Source: Octopus sinensis (taxonomy: Eukaryota). From it: 12,403 nt of DNA. Position numbers and translations under genes: made by a program. The DNA lies in assembly GCF_006345805.1 (NCBI RefSeq), contig NW_021826614.1, forward strand, positions 1-12,403, given 5' to 3'. The notes under the pieces are model-generated. The model was not told the origin of the DNA and ran no database searches. It saw only the letters and a program-made list of their open reading frames with translations. The stretch's first letter is position 1, and every line of letters begins with the position of its first letter. This document shows, piece after piece, positions 1 to 8,344 of the stretch.

Positions 1-115
1 GATAAATTAGTACCAGTTACGCACTGGGGTCGATGTAATCGACTTAATAACCTATGTCCGTCCTTGTTTGTCCCCTCTGTGTTTAGTCCCTGGTGGGTAA
101 TAAAGAAATAGGTAT
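1..115 (+). mobile_element. 3' part of tRNA-derived SINE (184-bp-body family), cut by window edge
   Basis: Near-identical to 3491-3607 (GATAAATT-AGTACCAGTTACGCACTGGGGTCGATGTAATCGAC...AAAGAAATAGGTAT). Confidence 0.92.
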
Positions 116-476
116 GGGAAGGAGGTGCCGGGGGTGAAAGATGATGTTGAAAGGGAAAAAAAATTAATTGATGAAATGCTGAACTGGAGAAGAACTTGTT
201 GAGCAAGTAAGGGAGAGAAAGAAGAGTAATTAGGTGGCCATGATAAACACACATACATACACACACATACACATGCATATTCAAACATGTTCACAAACAC
301 ACACACATGAACATACATACTCACACGCAACACATGTATCATTTCTGTGTCCTTCACAGCTCGTTAGTTAATTAGTTAGATAGAGTGAAATTAATAATGA
401 ATGTAATTAGTTAGGAAGCTTTTTATCTTAATATATGTAACTTCACTCTGTGTACGTATTGAGTACAGTCGTATGT

Positions 477-1680
477 GTGAAGGTGTGTGGCTAAGTAATT
501 AGGGTATTGAGCCCATGATCATAAGGTCATGGGTTCAATTCTCAGCGATGCATTATGTCCTTGAGCAAGTTACTTTATTTTCATATTACTCCAGTCCACT
601 CAGCTGGCAAAAATGTGTTACACCTATTTCTTTACTGCCCACAAGGGGCCAAACACAGAGAGGACAAACAAGGACAGACAAACGGATTAAGTCGATTACA
701 TCGACCCCAGTGCGTAACTGGTACTTAATTTATCGACCCCGAAAGGATGAAAGGCAAAGTCGACCTTGGCGGAACTTGAACTCAGAACGTAACGCTAGAC
801 GAAATACCTATTTCTTTACTGCCCACAAGGGGCAAACCACAGAGAGGACAAACAAGGACAGACAAACGGATTAAGTCGATTACATCGACCCCAGTGCATA
901 ACTGGTACTTAATTTATCGACCCCGAAAGGATGAAAGGCAAAGTCGACCTCGGCGGAACTTGAAGTCAGAACGTAACGACAGACGAAATGCCTATTTCTT
1001 TACTATCCACAAGGGGCCAAACACAGAGAGGACAAACAAGGACAGACAAACGGATTAAGTTGATTACATCGACCGCAGTGCATAACTGGTACTAAATTTA
1101 TCGACCCCGAAAGAATCAAAGGCAAAGTCGACCTCGGCGGAATTTGAACTCAGAACGTAACGACAGACGAAATGCCTATTTCTTTACTATCCACAAGGGG
1201 CCAAACACAGAGAGGACAAACAAGGACAGACAAACGGATTAAGTCGATTACATCGACCCCAGTGCATAACTGGTACTTAATTTATCGACCCTGAAAGGAT
1301 GAAAGGCAAAGTCAACCTCGGTGGAACTTGAACTCAGAACGTAACGCTAGACGAAATACCTATTTCTTTACTACCCACAAGGGGCCAAACACAGAGAGGA
1401 CAAACAAGGACAGACAAACAGATTAAGTCGATTACATCGACCGCAGTGCATAACTGGTACTAAATTTATCGACCCCGAAAGAATCAAAGGCAAAGTCGAC
1501 CTCGGCGGATTTGAACTCAGGACATAACAGCAGACGAAAAACGGCTACGCATTTCGGCCGGCGTGCTAACGATTCTACCAGCTCGCCACCTTATATAAAA
1601 ATGTGTTACACCTGTTGTACAAAGGGTCAGCCTTGTCACACTGAATCTCTCTGACAACTCTGTAAAGAGGTGGCGGTGAG
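477..1680 (+). mobile_element. tRNA-derived CORE-like SINE (host), split into 477-625 and ~1614-1680 by the SINE array insertion
   Basis: tRNA-like head with B box GGGTTCAATTC (~533-543), CORE-like TGTCCTTGAGCAAGTTACTT, then CCAGTCCACTCAGCTGGCAAAAATG. It continues after the insert as AAAGGGTCAGCCTTGTCACAC, colinear with the minus-strand copy at 8345-8640. Confidence 0.8.
626..1596 (-). mobile_element. SINE multimer: one tRNA-like head (~1543-1596) plus five tandem 184-bp bodies
   Basis: CCTATTTCTTTACT recurs at 623, 807, 991, 1175 and 1359 (period 184). The head (rc GGTGGCGAGCTGGTAGAATCGTTAGCACGCC) occurs once. Flanked by perfect 17-bp direct repeat AAAAATGTGTTACACCT at 609-625 and 1597-1613. 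Confidence 0.95.
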
Positions 1681-1857
1681 TGAAATGCATAATTTTAGGT
1701 TTTTGAACTAAGCGTTTTTTCTCCTCCACTATTTAGCCCGTTTGCCCACTTGTAAAGCTTTCACATTATTAGTTGAAGAGAAAGGTGAAGAGCAAAAAGA
1801 GGGAGAAAAAGAGGATAAGGCGAAGAGTGAGAGAGAAAGAGGGAGAGGGTTGTTTAT

Positions 1858-2934
1858 TCATCATCATCATCATCGTTTGACGGCCGTTTTCCATGCTAGT
1901 ATGGGTTGGACAGTTCGACTGAGGTCTGGGAAGCCAGGAGGCTGCACCAGGCCTCAGTCTGATCTGGCAGTGTTTCTACAGCTGGATGCCCTTCCTAACG
2001 CCTTCATCGTTTAACGTCCGTTTTCCGTGCTGGCATGGGTTGGATGGTTCGACCGGGGTCTGGGAAGCCAGGAGGCTGCACCAGGCTCCAGTCTGATCTG
2101 GCAGGTTTCTACAGCTGGATGCCCTTCCTAACGCCTTCATCGTTTAACGTCCGTTTTCCGTGCTGGCATGGTTGGATGGTTCGACCGGGGTCTGGGAAGC
2201 CAGGAGGCTGCACCCCCTCAGTCTGATCTGGCATGTTTTTCTACAGCTGGATGCCCTTCCTAACGCCTTCATCGTTTAACGTCCGTTTTCCGTGCTGGCA
2301 TGGGTTGGATGGTTCGACCGGGGTCTGGGAAGCCAGGAGGCTGCACCAGGCTCCAGTCTGATCTGGCAGTGTTTCTACAGCTGGATGCCCTTCCTAACGC
2401 CTTCATCGTTTAACGTCCGTTTTCCGTGCTGGCATGGGTTGGATGGTTCGACCGGGGTCTGGGAAGCCAGGAGGCTGCACCAGGCCTCAGTCTGATCTGG
2501 CAGTGTTTCTACAGCTGGATGCCCTTCCTAACGCCTTCATCGTTTAACGTCCGTTTTCCGTGCTGGCATGGGTTGGATGGTTCGACCGGGGTCTGGGAAG
2601 CCAGGAGGCTGCACCAGGCTCCAGTCTGATCTGGCAGTGTTTCTACAGCTGGATGCCCTTCCTAACGCCTTCATCGTTTACGTCCGTTTTCCGTGCTTGG
2701 CATGGGTTGGATGGTTCGACCGGGGTCTGGGAAGCCAGGAGGCTGCACCAGGCCAGTCTGATCTGGCAGTGTTCTACAGCTGGATGCCCTTCCTAACGCC
2801 TTCATCGTTTAACGTCCGTTTTCCGTGCTGGCATGGGTTGGATGGTTCGACCGGGGTCTGGGAAGCCAGGAGGCTGCACCAGGCTCCAGTCTGATCTGGC
2901 AGTGTTTCTACAGCTGGAAGCCCTTCCTAACGCC
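1858..2934 (-). repeat. Tandem array of eight ~134-bp RTE-LINE-tail-like units ending (minus sense) in a (TGA)5 tail
   Basis: CATCGTTT at 1871, 2005, 2138, 2270, 2404, 2538, 2672 and 2803 (periods 131-134). (TCA)5 at 1858-1872. The unit matches the monomers at 5178-5317 and 10133-10282. Confidence 0.95.
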
Positions 2935-3052
2935 AGCCACTCCGAGGCTTTTGTTGGTCAAGGGCTACAGTAAAATGACACTTGCCCAAAGTGCCACACA
3001 GTGGAATTGAACCAGGATCTTTGGGCTTGGGCTGCAAAATTCTCACCACACT
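2935..3052 (-). mobile_element. tRNA/CORE-like SINE head attached to the 134-bp array
   Basis: rc GTGTGGTGAG...GGTTCAATTCCACTGTGTGGCACTTTGGGCAAGTGTC (B box plus MIR-like CORE motif); colinear with the head at 8780-8895. Confidence 0.85.
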
Positions 3053-3127
3053 CTTTGTTTGTCCATCTATCTACCTACTCCTTCTCTCTCTCTCTCTTTC
3101 TCTCATCTGTTTCCTCTTCTCTTGTAG

Positions 3128-3327
3128 GGTAGAGTAAAAAAGGGATCCCTTCGATGACTACCCCCATCTACTGGACAACCTACAGGCTGCAGCTGTATCT
3201 GAAGATGGTCCCATGGAGGTTTGCTGTGTCTCTCTAGAGCGTCATATCAACATTCAGTGATGGGGATGTCATCTCACATATTCATCATTCCATGGACAGG
3301 CAGCTGATGCCATGCACAACGTCACAG
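3128..3327 (+). other. Probable spliced exon, mostly 5' UTR with uORFs; candidate start codon at 3312
   Basis: Long polypyrimidine tract 3078-3123, acceptor TTGTAG| (3126-3127) and consensus donor CAG|GTGAGT (3328). Non-repetitive sequence. All three frames from the acceptor close early. Confidence 0.65.
3312..3327 (+). CDS. Candidate first coding segment MHNVT(E), phase-1 end
   Basis: GCC-ATG context; ends with one spare G that joins AG of the exon at 9755 to give GAG (Glu) in the frame encoding the TM helix; NVT N-glycosylation sequon. Confidence 0.45.
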
Positions 3328-3369
3328 GTGAGTAGATGTGGTCATGGTTGGAGTGGTATATATCATTGG

Positions 3370-3602
3370 AAGGTGGCGAGCTGGCAGAAACGTTAGCACT
3401 CGGGGCGAAATAGTTAGCGGTATTTCATCTGCCGTTACGTTCTGAGTTCAAATTCCGCCGAGGTCGACTTTGCCTTTCATCCTTTCGGGGTCGATAAATT
3501 AAGTACCAGTTACGCACTGGGGTCGATGTAATCGACTTAATCCGTTTGTCTGTCCTTGTTTGTCCTCTCTGTGTTTGGCCCCTTGTCGGTAGTAAAGAAA
3601 TA
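3370..3602 (+). mobile_element. Full monomeric tRNA-derived SINE (head plus one 184-bp-family body)
   Basis: A-box-like TGGCAGAAACG, B box GAGTTCAAATTCC, 3' end AAAGAAATA. TSD GGTATATATCATT (3355-3367) / GGTATGTATCATT (3603-3615), 12/13 match. Confidence 0.93.
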
Positions 3603-4007
3603 GGTATGTATCATTAGGTGGTGGTGGTGGTATACACACACACACACACACACATACAGACACACACACACACTTGCATTATAAATGGTCATTCCATAAA
3701 TAATACAGTTTTTTTATTAATTCTTTTATTTTTCAAAATTAAGATGTACAAAGTCCTTTTTTAATCAAAAATATACTCTCCTTCATCTTCTACAATGCCT
3801 TTCCATCTATCTGGTAGAATTGCAAGGCCCCTCTTCCAAAATCCACTTCTCCCTGGCAAAAAATACTCCTCCAGTACTGTTCTGACCTCATCTACAGAAT
3901 TCATATTTATTCCTTCCAAATGATTTTGAGAACTGCAGAATAAATGATAATCAGATGGGGCAATGTCCGACAGATATGGTTGGTCGGGTATTATTTCTCT
4001 CCTCAAA

Positions 4008-4494
4008 GACATACATCATCTCGAAAGAGTTCAGAAGCTGGCTACCCGCATGGTTCTTGGTCTCAAGCATTTGTCTTATGAAGAAAGGCTGAAGACGCTC
4101 GAACCTTTATTCTCTAGAAAAACGACGACGCCGTGGTGATCTCATTCTTACTCACAACATCATAAGCGGAAAGTGTAACCTCTCGAAAGAGCTGTTCTTC
4201 ACTCCTGCTCCAGAGCGTCAGCTGCGGGGTCACTCCGAAAAGCTCTATCTGCGACGATTTCATCTCAATCGAAGGAGAGGGGATTTCTCCGTCCGGGTTG
4301 CGAATCCGTGGAATAAGCTGCCGGACGAGATAGTGAAGATGCCGATGACCACTCGGTTCAAAGTCTCTCTTGACCAGAAATGGCCTCAACTCTTTGCATG
4401 AACACCCTCCCTGTACATAACTCCATGTCTCCCTACATGGCCTTGGTTTTTGCTTTTTAAGCCAAAAAAAAAAAAAAATTAACTTAACTTAACT
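4008..4494 (+). mobile_element. 5'-truncated CR1-clade LINE (ORF2 C-terminus, 3' UTR, tail) inserted in the mariner
   Basis: Translates DIHHLERVQKLATRMVLGLKHLSYEERLKTL/NLYSLEKRRRRGDLI...NPWNKLP...LFA* (extra G at 4101, stop 4399-4401), matching the CR1-type LERVQ..AT / L.YEERL / RR.RGDLI / WN.LP pattern. A15 (4464-4478) then (TTAAC)3. Mariner rejoins as CTCAAA|CTGCCCC. Confidence 0.9.
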
Positions 4495-5177
4495 GCCCCA
4501 GCTTTGGAATGTCATCCTCGCTGTATGTGGCCGAGCATTATCCTGATGGAAGAACACCTTTTGTCTTGAAACCAAAGATGGTCGTTTTTCTTTTAGCACT
4601 GACTTAAGCTGCTCAAGCTGTTCACAGTAGATCTCCTTTGATACCATTTGGTCTGGATTTAAAATTTCAAAGTGTACTAAGCCTTTCATATCCCACCAAA
4701 ACAGGTAACAACACCTTACATGGGTGAAGACCTTCTTTAGCCTGGGGTGCCAGTGTTTCTCCTTTACCTACCCACTGTCTTCGGCACTTGACATTTTGAT
4801 AGAGAACCCATTTCTTGTCACCAGTCACTATCCGGTCTAAAGAAGGTTCATTCGTGATATGTGACAGCAAAGAAGAGCACACGTTCACTCTCTGCATGCG
4901 ATTAGACTCAGAAAGTTTGTCAGAAATCCATTGACCCAATTTGCTGACTTTTTCAATGGCACACAGGTGTCGATGAATGGTTGAATGACCAAATCCAAGC
5001 TTCTCTTCTAGTTCCTCAATAGTAACAATGGGATTTTGCCCCATCAGGGTTTGCAGGACATTCTTGTTGAGTTCTACAGATGTTCCAGGATGAGGCACAT
5101 TTTCTAGTCTGTGGTTTCCAGCTCAGAATTTCAGAAACCACCATTGATATGGGCTTACACTTAATATCTGATCCCCT

Positions 5178-5427
5178 TCATCATCATTGTTTAACGTCTG
5201 CTTGCCATGCTGGCATAGGTTGGACGGTTTGACTGAAGACTGGCGAACCAGATGGCTGCACCAGACTCCAGTCTGATCTGGCAGAGTTTCTACAGATGGA
5301 TGCCCTTCCTAACGCCAACCACCCCAAGAGTGTAGTGGGTGCTTTTACGTGTCACCAGCATGAGGGCCAATCAGGCAGTACTGGCAACGGCCATGCTCAA
5401 ATGGTGCTTTTTATGTGCCACCTGCGC
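5178..5427 (-). mobile_element. SINE 3' portion with RTE-like tail inserted in the mariner N-terminal region
   Basis: (TCA)n then a diverged copy of the 134-bp unit, continuing into CAACCAC...GTGCTTTTACGTGTCACC...GTGCTTTTTATGTGCCACC; mariner sequence resumes at ~5428. Confidence 0.85.
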
Positions 5428-6076
5428 AATTGCATTAATATTCCTCACACTTTCTACTGTTTTGTTGTCTTTATTGAACTCATAAAGCAAAAAGATGGCA
5501 CACAGGTGTTGATGAATGGTTGAATGACTAAATCCATGCTTTTCTGCTAGTTCTTCAACAGTTACAATGGGATTTTGTTCCACCAGGGTTTGTAGGATGT
5601 CCTTGTCAAACTCTACAGATCTTCCAGGACGTGGCCTCATCTTCTAGGCTGTAGTTTCCGACTTGGAATTTCTGGAACCACCATTGGCACTGACTTACGC
5701 TTATTATCCAATCCCCATATACTGCATTAGTATTCCTTGCACTTTCCATTGCAATGTTGCCTTTATTGAACTCACAAAGCAAAATATGCTGAATATGCTC
5801 CTTTGTTACTTTCATTATAACTTTTAAAAAACCACTGTTAAAATCGAACTGCACTCTTCAAAACTTGCACTAAGAATAAGTACAAGGTAAAATTACTACT
5901 TTCTTTTCTAGCAAGCTGATGCAGGTAATTTATCCCATCCTGTTCCAACTTTTAGTTCATGCAATTGAAAAAACTGCGTTATTTATGGGATGGCCTATTA
6001 TTTCCAGCAATGGTGATTTGATTTTCTTATTTCAAAATTGTTTCTCATGAAATGGTGTCCACATCACATTGTTCAA

Positions 6077-6853
6077 GGTGGCGAGCTGGCAGAATCGTTA
6101 GCACGCCGGGCGAAATGCTTAGCGGTATTTTGTCTGCCGCTACGTTCTGAGTTCAAATTCCGCCGAGGTCGACTTTGCCTTTCATCCTTTCGGGGTCGAT
6201 TAAATAAGTACCAGTTACGCACTGGGGTTGATATAATCGACTTAATCTGCCTGTCTGTCCTTGTTTGTCCTCTCTGTGTTTAGCCCCTGTGGGTAATAAA
6301 GAAATAGGTATTTCGTCTGTCGTTACGTTCTGAGTTCAAATTCCGCCGAGGTCGACTTTGCCTTTCATCCTTTCGGGGTCGATTAAATAAGTACCAGTTA
6401 CGCACTGGGGTTGATATAATCGACTTAATCTGCCTGTCTGTCCTTGTTTGTCCTCTCTGTGTTTAGCCCCCTGTGGGTAATAAAGAATAGGTATTTCGTC
6501 TGTCGTTACGTTCTGAGTTCAAATTCCGCCGAGGTCGACTTTGCCTTCATCCTTTCGGGGTCGATTAAATAAGTACAGTTACGCACTGGGGTTGATATAA
6601 TCGACTTAATCTGCCTGTCTGTCCTGTTTGTCCTCTCTGTGTTTAGCCCCTGTGGGTAATAAAGAAATAGGTATTTTGTCTGGCCGCTACGTTCTGAGTT
6701 CAAATTCCGCCGAGGTCGACTTTGCCTTCATCCTTTCGGGGTCGATTAAATAAGTACCAGTTACGCACTGGGGGTGATATAATCGACTTAATCTGCCTGT
6801 CTGTCCTTGTTTGTCCTCTCTGTGTTTAGCCCCTTGTGGGTAGTGAAGAAATT
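6077..6853 (+). mobile_element. SINE multimer: one head plus four tandem ~183-bp bodies
   Basis: GGTATTT at 6124, 6307, 6490 and 6670; head GGTGGCGAGCTGGCAGAATCGTTAGC occurs once. TSD ATTGTTCAA at 6068-6076 and 6854-6862; the matching empty site is at ~7454-7470. Confidence 0.95.
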
Positions 6854-6973
6854 ATTGTTCAACAGTATTGATTTAATCACTACAATTAATTTTTGCAATT
6901 TTTGCATTGTTGCCTTTATTGAACTCACAAAGTAAAATATGCCGAATATGCTCCTATGTCACTTCCAGTTTAA

Positions 6974-7193
6974 CCCTTTAGTGTTTAAACCGGCTGTATC
7001 CGGCCAGAATATTCTACTCATTTCATGCTCAAACTGGCCAGAACCAGCATCTCACACTTACCCTGCAATGTCACCATAAAAATAAACAATTACATTTTTC
7101 AAATCTTGAAGTTACAAGATAATACCAGATTAATATTTTAAAATGTAAGTGAGTAAGGATTACTTTTGACATATTAATTTGAACACTAAAGGG
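6974..7193. mobile_element. 220-bp non-autonomous piggyBac-type MITE
   Basis: TTAA at 6970-6973 and 7194-7197; TIR CCCTTTAGTGTTTAAA / rc CCCTTTAGTGTTCAAA (15/16); absent from the duplicate copy at ~5820. Confidence 0.88.
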
Positions 7194-7636
7194 TTAACAC
7201 TTTAAAAAATCACTGTTAAAATCGAACTGCACTCTTCAAAACGTGCACTAAGAATAAGTACAAGGTAAAATCACTACCTTCTTTATGGCAAGCTGATGCA
7301 AGTAGTTCATCAGTTTATCCCATCCACTTCCAACTTTTAGTTCATGCAATTGAAAAAAACTGCATTATTTATGGGATGGCCTATTATTTCCAGCAATGGT
7401 GATTTGATTTTCTTATTTCAAAATTGCTTCTCGTGAAATGGTGTCCGCATCACATTGTTCAGCGGTATTGATTTAATCACTACAATTAATTTTTGCAATT
7501 ATTACATAATTGATAATGTTTTCATGTGAGTCCTAGAAACAGCTGCAGAGGAGAATGAATGAAGTTTCCGAAATAGTACTGAGATTGATTTTTTTAATTT
7601 TTCCGTTGTCCTTCCATACATATCTATTTACCTAAG

Positions 7637-8107
7637 TGTGTGTGTGTGTGTGTGTGTGTGCGTGCGTGTGTGTGCATGCGTGTATATATATATGTATATG
7701 TATGTATATATGTGTGTGTGAATGTATATATATATATGTATGTACATATATTTATATATGTATGTATATATATGTATGAAGATGTATGTATGCATATAAG
7801 TATATATATATTTATATATATATATATATATATAGAGGAGAGAGAGAGATACATACATATATATATATAATATATATATAGACATATATGTATATATGTA
7901 CATATATATATGTATATATACATATATATGTATATAAGTTTATGCATATATATGTATGTATATGTTTATATGCATGTACGGTGTGTGTGTGTGCATACAC
8001 ACACCCACAACAAACATATATATAATATATTCATCTTCTCTCTCTTCAAGAGGTACATACACACACAAATGCACAGACAAACAATCGTACACACACACAA
8101 ACATATA

Positions 8108-8149
<42 letters not shown>

Positions 8150-8208
8150 CATACATATACTACTCTATCTATATATATATATCTATATATATACATACAT
8201 ATCCTATC

Positions 8209-8287
<79 letters not shown>

Positions 8288-8308
8288 CATATCTATATAT
8301 ATATATAC
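7637..8308. repeat. Compound (GT)n/(AT)n/(CT)n/(CA)n microsatellite tract
   Basis: Direct inspection; source of the I/Y/C/V-rich spurious ORFs. Confidence 0.95.
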
Positions 8309-8344
8309 ATCAGTCAGGACTGTCTTGTAGCTAAACACTTCATT

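Larger units (their letters stand above)
3761..5815 (-). pseudogene. Mariner transposase pseudogene (frameshifts, insertions, duplicated N-terminus)
   Basis: ATG 5815-5813 (MKVTKEHIQH), HTH region, VTGDKKW, HQDNARPH, YLSDIAPSDYHLF, stop 3763-3761. Rejoining across the LINE insert gives 34 residues between the 2nd and 3rd catalytic D. Confidence 0.93.
3684..5998 (-). mobile_element. Decayed mariner (DD34D) DNA transposon with both TIRs
   Basis: TIRs GGTCATTCCATAAATAATACAGTTTTTT (3687-3714) vs rc of 5968-5995 GGCCATCCCATAAATAACGCAGTTTTTT (4 mismatches in 28); TA at 3682-3683 and 5999-6000. Confidence 0.92.
5749..7500. repeat. Local tandem duplication (~370 bp core) of mariner 5' end, TIR and host flank: copy 1 = 5749-6076 plus 6863-6900, copy 2 = 6901-7500
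   Basis: Colinear match through ...ATGGGATGGCCTATTATTTCCAGCAATGG...CACATTGTTCA...GTATTGATTTAATCACTACAATTAATTTTTGCAATT; second TIR at ~7354-7384 with TA at 7385-7386. Confidence 0.92.

Noticed and set aside
623-2934. CRISPR-like or ribozyme-containing (retrozyme) arrays
   Set aside because: Units are contiguous with no unique spacers. No CUGANGA...GAAA hammerhead core was seen on either strand, and a trial HDV-like fold around GGTCGAC...GTCGAT lacked the P1.1 GG and J4/2 elements. A covariance-model search would be needed to exclude variants.
515-3010. ORFs of 61-119 aa across the SINE arrays
   Set aside because: Products of non-coding repeat units; frames shift with unit indels and show no domain motifs.
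1850-3060. TTGTTT on both sides of the 134-bp SINE array as a TSD
   Set aside because: Only 6 bp of low-complexity sequence; chance match is likely.
3261-3290. WGCHLTYSSF as an adhesion-GPCR GPS (CxHLTxF) motif
   Set aside because: Spacing does not fit, the upstream C/W residues are missing, and it follows a stop codon.
3238-3327. Alternative 90-nt exon from the TCTCTCTAG| acceptor
   Set aside because: Its only open frame ends in phase 0 and hits a TAG in the next exon; possible as a minor splice form but unsupported.
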